Shown one piece after another: positions 1 through 12,016 of a stretch of 64,000 nt of DNA. The notes below the pieces were generated by a model that was not told where the DNA came from, made no database searches, and saw only the letters and a list, made by a program, of their open reading frames with translations. Position 1 is the stretch's first letter, and every line of letters begins with the position of its first letter. The DNA comes from Eledone cirrhosa (Eukaryota). Location of the stretch: positions 1,674,001 through 1,738,000 of the forward strand of contig OZ024748.1 in the NCBI GenBank assembly GCA_964016885.1. The letters run 5' to 3'. The position numbers and the translations under genes are program-made.

Positions 1-189
1 AAAATTGCCTTTTTAGTAGTGTGGCCAACCTTATGATGAACCACATCCTATGTGGGGTTAACTTTGCATGAACCACATCCTATGTGGTCCACCTTATGAT
101 GAGCCACATCCTATGTGGCCCACAGCTTGAAAATAGTTGCCCATGCCTGGTTTAGTATTAAAAGGGTTAAAGGTTTAAATTCTTGTAAA

Positions 190-2606
190 TATCCTGTTGT
201 TGCAAGGTCCTGTATTAGTGCAAGGTCCTGTGTTAGTGCAAGATCCTGTTGTTACATGGTCCTGTATTAGTGCAACGTCCTGTGTTAGTGCAAGATCCTG
301 TGTTAGTGCAAGATCCTGTTGTTGCATGGTCCTGTATTAGTGCAACGTCCTGTGTTAGTGCAAGATCCTGTGTTAGTGCAAGATCCTGTTGTTGCATGGT
401 CCTGTATTAGTGCAACGTCCTGTGTTAGTGCAAGATCCTGTTGTTGCATGGTCCTGTATTAGTGCAACGTCCTGTGTTAGTGCAAGATCCTGTGTTAGTG
501 CAAGATCCTGTTGTTGCATGGTCCTGTATTAGTGCAACGTCCTGTGTTAGTGCAAGATCCTGTTGTTGCATGGTCCTGTGTTAGTGCAACGTCCTGTGTT
601 AGTGCAAGATCCTGTGTTAGTGCAAGATCCTGTTGTTGCATGGTCCTGTATTAGTGCAACGTCCTGTGTTAGTGCAAGATCCTGTTGTTGCATGGTCCTG
701 TATTAGTGCAACGTCCTGTGTTAGTGCAAGATCCTGTTGTTGCATGGTCCTGTATTAGTGCAACGTCCTGTGTTAGTGCAAGATCCTGTTGTTGCATGGT
801 CCTGTATTAGTGCAACGTCCTGTGTTAGTGCAAGATCCTGTGTTAGTGCAAGATCCTGTTGTTGCATGGTCCTGTATTAGTGCAACGTCCTGTGTTAGTG
901 CAAGATCCTGTTGTTGCATGGTCCTGTATTAGTGCAACGTCCTGTGTTAGTGCAAGATCCTGTTGTTGCATGGTCCTGTATTAGTGCAACGTCCTGTATT
1001 AGTGCAACGTCCTGTGTTAGTGCAAGATCCTGTTGTTGCATGGTCCTGTATTAGTGCAACGTCCTGTGTTAGTGCAAGATCCTGTTGTTGCATGGTCCTG
1101 TATTAGTGCAACGTCCTGTGTTAGTGCAAGATCCTGTGTTAGTGCAAGATCCTGTTGTTGCAAGGTCCTGTGTTAGTGCAAGATCCTGTTGTTGCATGGT
1201 CCTGTATTAGTGCAACGTCCTGTGTTAGTGCAAGATCCTGTGTTAGTGCAAGATCCTGTTGTTGCAAGGTCCTGTGTTAGTGCAAGATCCTGTTGTTGCA
1301 TGGTCCTGTATTAGTGCAAGGTCCTGTGTTAGTGCAAAGTCCTGTGTTAGTGCAAGATCCTGTTGTTGCATGGTCCTGTATTAGTGCAAAGTCCTGTATT
1401 AGTGCAAGGTCCTGTTGTTGCATGGTCCTGTATTAGTGCAACGTCCTGTGTTAGTGCAAGATCCTGTGTTAGTGCAAGATCCTGTTGTTGCAAGGTCCTG
1501 TGTTAGTGCAAGATCCTGTTGTTGCAAGGTCCTGTGTTAGTGCAAGATCCTGTTGTTGCATGGTCCTGTATTAGTGCAAAGTCCTGTATTAGTGCAAGGT
1601 CCTGTTGTTGCATGGTCCTGTATTAGTGCAACGTCCTGTATTAGTGCAAGGTCCTGTGTTAGTGCAAGATCCTGTTGTTGCATGGTCCTGTATTAGTGCA
1701 ACGTCCTGTGTTAGTGCAAGATCCTGTTGTTGCATGGTCCTGTATTAGTGCAAGGTCCTGTGTTAGTGCAAAGTCCTGTGTTAGTGCAAGATCCTGTTGT
1801 TGCATGGTCCTGTATTAGTGCAACGTCCTGTGTTAGTGCAAGATCCTGTGTTAGTGCAAGATCCTGTTGTTGCAAGGTCCTGTGTTAGTGCAAGATCCTG
1901 TTGTTGCAAGGTCCTGTGTTAGTGCAAGATCCTGTTGTTGCATGGTCCTGTATTAGTGCAAAGTCCTGTATTAGTGCAAGGTCCTGTTGTTGCATGGTCC
2001 TGTATTAGTGCAACGTCCTGTATTAGTGCAAGGTCCTGTGTTAGTGCAAGATCCTGTTGTTGCATGGTCCTGTATTAGTGCAACGTCCTGTGTTAGTGCA
2101 AGATCCTGTTGTTGCATGGTCCTGTATTAGTGCAAGGTCCTGTGTTAGTGCAAAGTCCTGTGTTAGTGCAAGATCCTGTTGTTGCATGGTCCTGTATTAG
2201 TGCAACGTCCTGTGTTAGTGCAAGATCCTGTGTTAGTGCAAGATCCTGTTGTTGCAAGGTCCTGTGTTAGTGCAAGATCCTGTTGTTGCAAGGTCCTGTG
2301 TTAGTGCAAGATCCTGTTGTTGCATGGTCCTGTATTAGTGCAAAGTCCTGTATTAGTGCAAGGTCCTGTTGTTGCATGGTCCTGTATTAGTGCAACGTCC
2401 TGTATTAGTGCAAGGTCCTGTGTTAGTGCAAGATCCTGTTGTTGCATGGTCCTGTATTAGTGCAACGTCCTGTGTTAGTGCAACGTCCTGTGTTAGTGCA
2501 ACGTCCTGTGTTAGTGCAAGATCCTGTGTTAGTGCAAGGTCCTGTGTTAGTGCAAGATCCTGTTGTTGCATGGTCCTGTATTAGTGCAACGTCCTGTGTT
2601 AGTGCA
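190..2606. repeat. Minisatellite of 18/18/16-bp related units with higher-order periodicity
   Basis: Units gtcctgtattagtgcaac / gtcctgtgttagtgcaag / atcctgttgttgcatg; variant markers recur 382 bp apart in the distal half. Confidence 0.95.
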
Positions 2607-3321
2607 TGTGTCTGCCACTGCAGAAGCTAGGGTTCTTTTTATATTTTCTGTTTCTTAATTTTTCTCTCACTTTGTTATTTACTTCTTGCATTCTTGAAGT
2701 GTACTTGTTGTTGTTGTTAGCCTGGGTAACAGACTGACATGACACTATGTTTGGTACAAAAGGAGGGGGGAGAAACACATTCCTCACCTGAAACTGTCAA
2801 GTTTATGTCTGTGTGTGTGTGTATACGTATGTCTGTATTTGTACATGTAGGTATGTGTGTACATATATATGTACTTATATATATATATGCATGCATGTCT
2901 ACTTAAATTTATGTCTGTGTATACATTTACATACATAAGTGAGTGTGTACATATATTTGTGTGTGTGTGTATGTACATGTGTGTATGCGTGTACGTACAT
3001 GTGTGTGTATGCGTGTACACATATTTCCATACACACATACATATGTATGTGTGGACATACATGCAACAACTTGTTTATATAAAGATCATTGTTATGGTGG
3101 TGGTTATTTTGTAAATCTTTTCTTTGTTTTTCTTCAGTGAAATTACATCCTATTTAAATAAATGGTTCCTATTAATAATAAACTCAATATGACGCAGTAG
3201 AGGAAAAGCCATCTGGCTGGTAAGTTCTGTGAAGAGAATATCTCAGAGATACAACAAGGATGAACATCTGCATAAATAGTAGGAAGTAGAAAAGTAGGGC
3301 ATGAAGCAGATTTTTATGAAT

Positions 3322-3362
<41 letters not shown>

Positions 3363-3483
3363 TTGGTTGTGATTCTAAAAGGCCTTTGTAATTCATTTTG
3401 TTTATATTGCCTCTGTTTATAGTCAGAAACTGTAGGAGTAGATTTTATATATGCATCTGTGTATGTGTTTTTGTGTTTGCATA

Positions 3484-4400
3484 TGTAAAGTGGTCATGTA
3501 GGTGTTACAACAAAAAGCACCCAGTCCACACTGTAAAGTGGTCGTGTAGGTGTCACAACAAAAAGCACCCAGTCCACACTGTAAAGTGGTCGTGTAGGTG
3601 TCACAACAAAAAGCACCGAGTCCACACTGTAAAGTGGTCGTGTAGGTGTCAGAACAAAAAGCACCCAGTTCACACTGTAAAGTGGTCGTGTAGGTGTTAC
3701 AATAAAAAGCACCCAGTCCACACTGTAAAGTGGTCATGTAGGTGTTACAACAAAAAGCACCCAGTCCACACTGTAAAGTGGTCGTGTAGGTGTCACAACA
3801 AAAAGCACCCAGTCCACACTGTAAAGTGGTCGTGTAGGTGTCACAACAAAAAGCACCCAGTCCACACTGTAAAGTGGTCGTGTAGGTGTCACAACAAAAA
3901 GCACCCAGTCCACACTGTAAAGTGGTCGTGCAGGTGTCACAACAAAAAGCACCCAGTCCACACTGTAAAGTGGTCGTGTAGGTGTCACAACAAAAAGCAC
4001 TCAGTCCACACTGTAAAGTGGTCGTGTAGGTGTCACAACAAAAAGCACCCAGTCCACACTGTAAAGTGGTCGTGTAGGTGTCACAACAAAAAGCACCCAG
4101 TCCACACTGTAAAGTGGTCGTGCAGGTGTCACAACAAAAAGCACCCAGTCCACACTGTAAAGTGGTCGTGCAGGTGTCACAACAAAAAGCACCCAGTCCA
4201 CACTGTAAAGTGGTCGTGCAGGTGTCACAACAAAAAGCAACCAGTCCACACTGTAAAGTGGTCGTGTAGGTGTCAGAACAAAAAGCACCCAGTCCACACT
4301 GTAAAGTGGCCATGTAGGTGTCACGGCAAAAAGCACCCAGTCCATTCTGTAAAGTGGCCATGTAGGAGACACGGCAAAAAGCACCCAGTACATGCTGTAG
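3484..4400 (+). repeat. 48-bp minisatellite (~19 copies) derived from the SINE/RTE 3' tail
   Basis: Unit tgtaaagtggtcgtgtaggtgtcacaacaaaaagcacccagtccacac; runs into the tail motif ggaagggc-tccag-tgtagaaacc at ~4415-4440. Confidence 0.92.
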
Positions 4401-4706
4401 AGTGGTTGGAATTAGGAAGGGCTTCCAGTTGTAGAAACCATGCCTAAGAGAAAGGGTTAAGAGGACCCGTCAGTCATGATACAACATCTTCTCTTGAGCT
4501 GGTCTCATAAAAAAAAATGATGTATGGTGGATGGCAATAGGAAGGACACTCAGCTCTAGAAACCTTTTAAAAAAAGGTTTGTGTGGATTATTCTGTTGTT
4601 TCAAAGGCATAATAAAATGTACCCAGTACACTCTGTAATATGGTTGGTGATAGGAAGGGCATTTTAATCTATTTCATTCACAATTATTTATCAAATAAAA
4701 AAAAAA

Positions 4707-4965
4707 CTTTCACTCTACATATATATTCAGTACTTTCACTCTACATATATATATTCAGTACTTTCACTCTATATATATATTCAGTACTTTCACTCTACAT
4801 ATATATTCAGTACTTTCACTCTACATATATATATTCAGTACTTTCACTCTACATATATATTCAGTACTTTCACTCTACATATATATACAGTACTTTCACT
4901 CTATATATATATATATTCAGTACTTTCACTCTATATATATATTCAGTACTTTCACTCTATATATC
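4707..4965. repeat. ~25-29-bp minisatellite (ttcagtactttcactctaca(ta)n)
   Basis: About 10 visible tandem copies. Confidence 0.9.
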
Positions 4966-5173
4966 ATTTTCTTATTTAAGATGACAAGGTGTAATTTGAG
5001 AGCAGTTTGGCTGCTATTTCTAAGCGTGTCTCATGACCCTTTGTTGGCTTCACATAACAATAGTTGTTTTGTGGTTCTATGAAGTTGTCTAGAACCCCTA
5101 ATGTCAGGAATCAGATAGGAAGTTTCAATTTCCATACAGAATAATAGATGCAATCATACAGGATAATAAATTC

Positions 5174-5485
5174 ATACACACACACCACACACATACACAC
5201 ACACATACATATGTACATACACACACACACACACATACACACACACATACATATGTACATACACACATACACATACACACACATACATATACACATACAC
5301 ACAGACCACACACAGACCACACACATACACATACATACACATACACACACATACACCACACACATATACCACACACACATACACCACACACACATGCACC
5401 ACATACACACACACACCACACACACACACATACACCACACACATGCACCACACACACACACACCACATACACCACACACACACAC
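5174..5485. repeat. Degenerate (CA)n microsatellite
   Basis: Direct reading. Confidence 0.9.
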
Positions 5486-5685
5486 TATATCAGACTTCTG
5501 TTGAGCTCTGCTCCTTCTCCTCTACTCTCACTACTACCATCAGTGTTAGTCATAGTGACAGAAGCAAATCTATAATTTACATATCTTGGAGCCGGAGTCC
5601 ATAATTCTATGTCTGACAGCCTTTCTTCAGATAGTCAGGTTACTGTTGTCTCCAAGGACAACATGTATTGTTTTAATGTTTTATA

Positions 5686-5890
5686 GCAGTATTGGTAGAG
5701 CGTCGACCAATATGCTTTGCAGCATAGTTACGGCCCTTTACATTCTGAGTTCAAAACCCGCCAACGTTAGCTTTGCTTTTCATCCTTACGGGGGTTGATA
5801 AAATAAAGTACCAGTAACACACTGGTGCCGATTTGATCGACTTTCCCCTCCTCCGAAATTGGTGGCCTTGTGCCTAAATCAGAAACCAAT
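5686..5890 (+). mobile_element. tRNA-derived SINE family 2 (other copies ~6282-6445(-), 13070-13405, 13636-13815, 32577-32755(-), 38360-38555(-), 41435-41642(-), 46010-46240(-))
   Basis: A/B-box-like head (ggtagagcg...gagttcaaa), shared core gcctttcatccttacggggtcgataaaataaagtaccag, tail ggccttgtgcctaaa. Confidence 0.8.
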
Positions 5891-6023
5891 GTTTTATAGT
5901 CAGTGGGAGCTCTCGGACCATGTGTTGTGTTGAATGGCGGCTGAGAGTGTGTAAGAGTTATTTCAAGCTCTCTTTACAAAATTAAATTAAAATGGGAAGT
6001 TTTCCATTAAAACTACAGAGGGA

Positions 6024-6260
6024 GATTTTATATTGGTCTGTTGTAAGATCTGGTGATCTGTAACACACATGATTTTATATTGGTCTGTTGTAAGATCTGG
6101 TGATCTGTAACACACATGATTTTATATTGGTCTGTTGTAAGATCTGGTGATCTGTAACACACATGATTTTATATTGGTCTGTTGTAAGATCTGGTGATCT
6201 GTAACACACATGATTTTATATTGGTCTGTTGTAAGATCTGGTGATCTGTAACACACATGA
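6024..6260. repeat. 47-bp minisatellite x5
   Basis: gattttatattggtctgttgtaagatctggtgatctgtaacacacat repeated. Confidence 0.95.
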
Positions 6261-6569
6261 TACTACTAATACTAATAATAATTGTTTCTACGTTAGGCAC
6301 AAGGCCAGCAGTTTGGGGAGAGGGGAAAGTTGATTAAATCAACCCCAGTGCATTACTGGTACTTTATTTTATCGACCCTGTAAGGATGAAAGGCAAAGTA
6401 AACCTCGGCGGGATTTGAACTCAGAACGTAAAGGGCCGTAACTTCTGCCAAATAATGGTATGAAATTTTAAATGTGTGTCTCCTCCCAACGCAAATGACC
6501 ATAATAATAGTTGAGAAAATTAGGTAAAGTATCCTTGGAGACAGAAAAAAAGTGAACAAAGGCACATCT

Positions 6570-7180
6570 CTCCCCCCCCCCCCTCTAGGGGTACTTTATC
6601 TGATTTTGAGCTGACCAGCCGAAGGTGTGAACCTCGCGAGATGGAATGGCTCTTCCAGCGCATCTCCCTTACCATCCTCCGGGGAAACACCTTCTCCATT
6701 CTGTGTCCGCTGGGGCTGTGGGGAGGCCAGCACATGGGACCCTATTTGCTCACCATACAGAGAGGGGGGGGGAGAGATGGAGGCGATGACAGTGGGAGTT
6801 TGGCTCTCCCACGTTGGGACCATATCCTTGTGGTTGTGTTCATCCCAGCATTTTGTTGAAAGATGGGTGAGAGAAGCAAGAATGGCCCGAGTGAATGGGC
6901 CTACTCTGAGTATATATCTGTAAATTAAAGGTGGAAAACTGGGAGAGGGCACTTGCCTTGGTGGTCAGGGTCATTGTGGCTTTTTACTGGGCTTTCTCCA
7001 CAAATGTCCCTCCGAAGTCTCCCCCCCTATTGGGGAATTTTTCATTGTTATTTTTTGTTACATCCTCTGTTTTTGTTTTTTACACGCAGAAATGCCCATT
7101 TGTACCGTCCTGCATTGTCCTGCACTGTCCTTAATGTCTACTTTATGTAAACCCTTGTGGTTAATAAAGAAATCATTATC
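6570..7180 (+). mobile_element. Probable 3' end of a LINE (L1/Tx1-like); second 3'-UTR copy at ~12690-12915
   Basis: GC-rich degenerate coding-like segment ending FVERW..., followed by a 3' region ending aataaagaaatcattat that recurs at 12690-12915. Confidence 0.4.
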
Positions 7181-7367
7181 TATATAGAAAATTATTTTTT
7201 TCGCTTGTATAGAGATTTATAGTGATGAACTATTATTATGGTCATTTGCATTAGGATGACTTCATTTCAAAATTTTCCCAATGCTTCTTAATTCAACCGA
7301 TTGTAACAACAATATGTAAGTAATAAATAATCTGTAATAAAAATGGCTACTTTTGTTTCTAATTCAG

Positions 7368-7439
7368 TTCTTGGGTGAGAGTGAAGTGGATCAACCAAAA
7401 GGTATTGAGATAGTGAAGGATGTGATCAGGAAAATGAAG
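7368..7439 (+). CDS. GULP1: PTB-domain engulfment adaptor CED-6/GULP1, first exon visible in the window
   Basis: ag|FLGESEVDQPKGIEIVKDVIRKMK|gt; N-terminal part of the CED-6-type PTB domain; start codon exon not found. Confidence 0.88.
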
Positions 7440-7608
7440 GTAGGTCTACTTGATCACTTTATTATACATTATCAATGATATTGTTACTTAAATATTTTGA
7501 TACCAACTGCTAACCCATGCTAGCAAATGTTTACAAGCTCTCTCTCTCTCTGTTCTCACATGTCTTATCTTTCTGTTTCGTTATATACTACGTTAAATGG
7601 ACGTTTAA

Positions 7609-7777
7609 CCCTTTAGCATTTAAACCGGCTCTATCCGGCCTGAATTCTCTCCTCTTTCTGATCAAACCAGCCATAACCGGCTGCTCATAGATTCGATATT
7701 ATGGGAGATAATTATGAGGTAAAGCTTTCACCATGAAAATACAATAGTAAATATAGAATAATGTAAATGGTAAAGGG
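7609..7777. mobile_element. piggyBac-type MITE (other copies 16429-16636, 49153-49359, partial ~34730-34932, ~39970-40273)
   Basis: TTAA|CCCTTTA...TAAAGGG|TTAA termini with shared internal sequence. Confidence 0.75.
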
Positions 7778-8569
7778 TTAACTGGGATGATTATGATGGT
7801 GATAATGATGGTGCCAATCCACCCAAAACAACCTCAATTTTATGGTGACAGATCCCTTGTTTTAAAGTATTCATGTTTAAATTAACAAAAATATTATGGA
7901 AGAACATCTTTGTTAAGCTAATTTACTAAACATCTTAATGATGTGGTTAGTTAGACTTATGTATTTGTTATGCAAGATTCTGGATGTGAAATCATATCTT
8001 GAAACAGATATTGTTATATTTGGAGATGGTCATGTTGTCAGTATTGCCAATAAAAAGACAAGATGGATTAACAGATTAAGACTAGAAAGAAGAGGTGCCA
8101 CAAAAGGGTTTTTATTTAAATTATAATTTTCCAACATAATTTTATATAAGAACTAAATATATAAAATTACTATCTTATTAATGAAATAATAATAAAAAAA
8201 TTTATAACCTCCTAAAAATTCTTTGTTAATTTATAAAAATAGAATATTTCATTAGAATAACAGTTGATCGACAAAATCCCAGACCTTAACAAGTGGGTTG
8301 GAGCTCGTCAAATCGGGCCGAGGAGACAATGTTTCCATTGGACTTTCCAATTGCTGATACTATCTATTGGTCGTAAATCTACGCAGAAGGAGCAATGTGA
8401 AATAAAGTGTTTTGCTTAAAGTCCGGGAATTGAACTCACAACCTCATGGTTGCGAATCCAATCCTCTAACCACTCAGCCACACACCTTCACATTATATAT
8501 AGTCACAAAAGTGTTAATTATACATCTACAGTTAACAGACATTGTTATTGTTTCTTTTCTCATTTTCAG

Positions 8570-8668
8570 TTTAACAAACATATAAAAAAAGCTGAAGGCC
8601 AGAAACCACCCAAAGTAGAACTCACAATATCAGTCGATGGAGTTACTATACTGGATCCCAAAACAAAG
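8570..8668 (+). CDS. GULP1: GULP1/CED-6 exon
   Basis: ag|[33 protein letters not shown]|gt, phase 0. Confidence 0.92.
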
Positions 8669-9082
8669 GTATTTTTCCTTCCTTTGTATTCACTAGAACT
8701 TTCAAACCAAAGATTTAAATAATAATAATAATGAAATAATTGTGTACAGTGCTCAGGTGTACTAAAATATATATATATATACTCCTATATGAGCAAGACA
8801 TGGTCACCTGACCCAACTTGCCTCTAAATGGGACCCATCTAGCCCATGCTAGCATGGAAGATAGACGTTAATTGGTGATGATGATGATGATGATATATAT
8901 ATTATATATATATATATATACCACAACAGAAATACAAACCCTCCATTTCAATTTTACTTTTGAAAATCATAAGAACTGTGAAACCGGTAAAGTAAATAAA
9001 TATTCTTAAAAGACTCCTATTGTATTTTGAATTTCTTTTCCTTATATATTACACACATATATATATATATATATATATATGT

Positions 9083-9194
9083 ATGTTTAATATAGAAATG
9101 GCTTCTACAGGACTAGAACTGTTTCATTCAAAAGGTGCTTTTTTTTTTAATGAAACAGTTCTAGTCCTGTAGAAGTCATTTCTATATTAAACAT
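9083..9194. repeat. Fold-back inverted repeat holding the 3' half of a hammerhead (same family as 22999-23145)
   Basis: ~47-bp arms; gaaacagttctagtcctgtagaa is present but the CUGAUGA half is missing; adjoins (TA)n. Confidence 0.8.
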
Positions 9195-9468
9195 GATGTT
9201 TGCACTCTACTAATGTAGGCAGCTAATCAACACATTATGATTAGATGACAAATATAAGCCAATCCCCTCATCCCATTTTACCATTTGAGGGGGGGGGGTA
9301 GTGGTGGTGGGAGGTCACATATTCCTCCGGCTTACATTTGGGTATATACAGTAATTGACTATACATCAATTGTATCTCATCAGAGAAATGAATATCATAA
9401 TAAATACCAAATATTTTTCACTTCAATGTAATGTTCTAATTTCATGTTCTTGTCTTTTTTGTTTCTAG

Positions 9469-9606
9469 ATCATCTTAAACCAGAATCCTCTCCATCGTAT
9501 ATCCTACTGTGCTGATGACAAGTCAGATAAACGAATGTTCACATTTATTGCCAAAGCAGCTGATTCTAATAAACACTTTTGTTATGTATTTGACAGCGAA
9601 AAATGT
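9469..9606 (+). CDS. GULP1: GULP1/CED-6 exon
   Basis: ag|[46 protein letters not shown]|gt; [11 protein letters not shown] is the CED-6 PTB signature. Confidence 0.95.
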
Positions 9607-10631
9607 GTAAGTCTGACAATTTCTGACACTCTCCCTTAACCTTTCTTTTGGTTAACCATTTCCATACCATCTCTGATTTTTACAGCTCAAAACCTACTGT
9701 TATATTTAAATTAAGTGAAGGTATACAGCCCAGTGGTTAAGGTGTTTGTCTCTAAATTGTAAGGTCGAGGGTTTGATCTCTGGATTGGACAGTGTGTTGT
9801 CTTTGAGCAAGATTCATTTCATATTATTCCAGTCTTGTTAGTATTTAAAAATATTGAGCTAATCATTGTCACCATCATCATCATCATCATCATTTAACAT
9901 CCATCTTCCTTTCTCTCCCCTCTCTACTCCCATCTCTCTGCCCTCTCCCTCCATCGACTCCCCTCCTCTCTCTCCCTGCTCTCTTACTCTCTCTTTTTGT
10001 CCTCTCTCCTCTCCCTTCCCTCTATTTTGAACTTTATAAGACTTTGTTCAATTGTAAAACCAGCCATAAAAATTACTCTGTGTACAAAGGTGACATTTTC
10101 GTTAAATGTCTTCCATTCTTTGTATTATACATGGCTTGGGTGTGTATATAAATTGGGACATTCCTAAACTGTTGTCAATCCTTTTGTAGATTCCCTTCAT
10201 CATCATTAATTTAATGTCTATTCTCCATGCATCCATTAGTTTAACAGGTTGTTGTTCTGAAGCTAGATAGGTCAGGTAGCCATCTCTTGCTCATATATTC
10301 ATATTTTAACTTGGCTTCTATGACTGGATGCCCTTCCTAAAGCCAACCATTTTACCATGACTCCAGCATTACTACCTTACGGGTTTGACTAGGTGTTTTT
10401 TTATCATGTCACCAGCACTATAACATTACAGAGTGGACTGGGTGCTTTTTATCATGGCACCAGCACTACCACATTATAGAGTAGACTGGCCAACATCTAG
10501 CTCACTCAATGAATCTGCCGAATTTCAGTAATGTAATTGCAACTAGCTGTTCAGAGTGCAAACATTTTAGTTAATAGCTGGTACAGTGGCTGTGTTTGGT
10601 AGAGATAAAAGGAATAAATATATGTGTATAT

Positions 10632-10965
10632 CATCATCATCATCATTTTACGTCCGCTTTTCCCTGCTTGCAAGGGTGGGACAGGAACTGATTCTGACTT
10701 GATTTCTACAGCTGGATGCCCTTCCTAACACCAACCTCATTTACAGTGAGGGCTGGGTGCTTTTTTGCCGTGACACCTCCACGACCACTTTGCAGTGGAA
10801 TGATAGGGACCCCAGTCCTTATCATCTCATTTCTACAGAGTAAACTAGAGCAACGTGAAATAAAGTGTCTTGCTCAAGGAAACAACACATCACTCGGTCT
10901 GAGAATTGAACTCACAACCTTTCGATTGCAAGGCCAATGCTCTAACCACTAAGTCATGTGCCTCC
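10632..10965 (-). mobile_element. tRNA-derived SINE family 1 with RTE-type 3' tail (copies 28154-28484, 38715-39045, partial 32787-33035)
   Basis: Minus strand: tRNA-like head ggaggcacatg-cttagtggttagagc...gagttcaattc; tail ggaagggcatccagctgtag...(gat)n shared with RTE at 52700-52860. Confidence 0.85.
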
Positions 10966-11065
10966 AGTGTATGTATATATATATATATATATAATTAAGA
11001 CTAGTAAAGGTATAAATATATATATATAGGTTATTAGGTGGGTAACTTGTTTCCATGTAAACTCT

Positions 11066-11152
11066 CATATCTGAAGAAGTGTCGATTAAGAGTCGGGATC
11101 CGATCACATGATCAAACCTGAGCTGATTGATATCGAAACAAATTGTAATATG
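11066..11152 (+). ncRNA. Type I hammerhead ribozyme-like motif, long stem II
   Basis: catat-CTGAAGA-[57-nt hairpin]-GAAA-caaattg-TA-atatg; stem I catat/atatg; A-C mismatch at base of stem II. Confidence 0.72.
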
Positions 11153-11390
11153 TAATAAAGTTTACAAAAAGCTGCAAATCTTATTGTCACTTTATATGTA
11201 TATATATATATATATATATACAATACAAAGAAATACACAGACACATGTGAATACATACATATACATGCATATACCCACATATATCCCTGAATTTGTGTGG
11301 TGCCAACCTTAACCGTTGTTGCTCTATGAATAATAGGGACAAAATAATCTGAATGGATTAGATTGATTCAATATCAGAGCTATATAATAC

Positions 11391-12016
11391 ATTATAAAGA
11401 AAGAAGAAACATTAGATATAAATAAAAAGATATAATATACCTAAATCCCTTCGTGATCCTTGACTACGTAGTTTCGTGGCTATTATGCAAAAACATTACA
11501 TCACAGAGATGCAGTATTTTTGTGAGGTTTGCTGACTTATCAAGAGGATACCTCATTTAGAGTTTCAAAACACGTCCATAGGATGCGAGATAGAATCCCA
11601 AAACGGAGAGAGGGAACTTATCACGTGATACAGCGGCCAAGAAACAGCTAAGCCGCTTACTGTGTATTTCTTTGTATTGTTTATAACTCCCTACGGTAGA
11701 GTAACCACTGAAGTATAGCGACAGCTGTTAAGCTTACACTACTCACACTTCTCGCCCTCCTAGCCAACTCTTCTACGGCCTTGATATAAATACCCCCTCC
11801 ACCTTACGGGATTCTATCTTGTGTCCTACGGACGTGTTTTGAAACTCTAAATGAGGTATCCTCTTGATAAGTCGGCAAACCTCACAAAAATACTGCATCT
11901 CTGTGATGTAATGTTTTTGCATAATAGCCACGAAACTACGTAGTCGAGGATAATGAAGGGATTTAGGTATATTATATCTTTTTATTTATATCTAATGTTT
12001 CTTCTTTCTTTATAAT
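11391..12016. mobile_element. Fold-back element (209-bp inverted arms, 208-bp spacer), Penelope pLTR-like
   Basis: Arms 11391-11599 and 11808-12016 are near-perfect reverse complements, each with a hammerhead; TATAAATA at ~11785; TA-rich flanks. Confidence 0.8.
11857..11952 (+). ncRNA. Type I hammerhead ribozyme, U3-A8 core variant
   Basis: tatcctc-TTGATAA-gtcggc...gccac-GAAA-ctacgtag-TC-gaggata; 7-bp stem I, palindromic stem III ACTACGTAGT, GUC triplet. Confidence 0.82.

Noticed and set aside
3484-4400. CRISPR-like regular array
   Set aside because: Head-to-tail units with no unique spacers; eukaryotic context
3398-4447. 349-aa ORF with a 16-aa Cys/His/Lys repeat
   Set aside because: 48-bp minisatellite derived from a retroelement tail; open on both strands; no support for coding
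8265-8385. Repeat with GAAAC..TTGACGA (also ~50690-50735 and ~60730-60830) as a type II hammerhead
   Set aside because: Stems I and II cannot be formed consistently across copies
10890-10965. tRNA-like sequences at SINE heads
   Set aside because: No complete cloverleaf; they continue directly into SINE bodies
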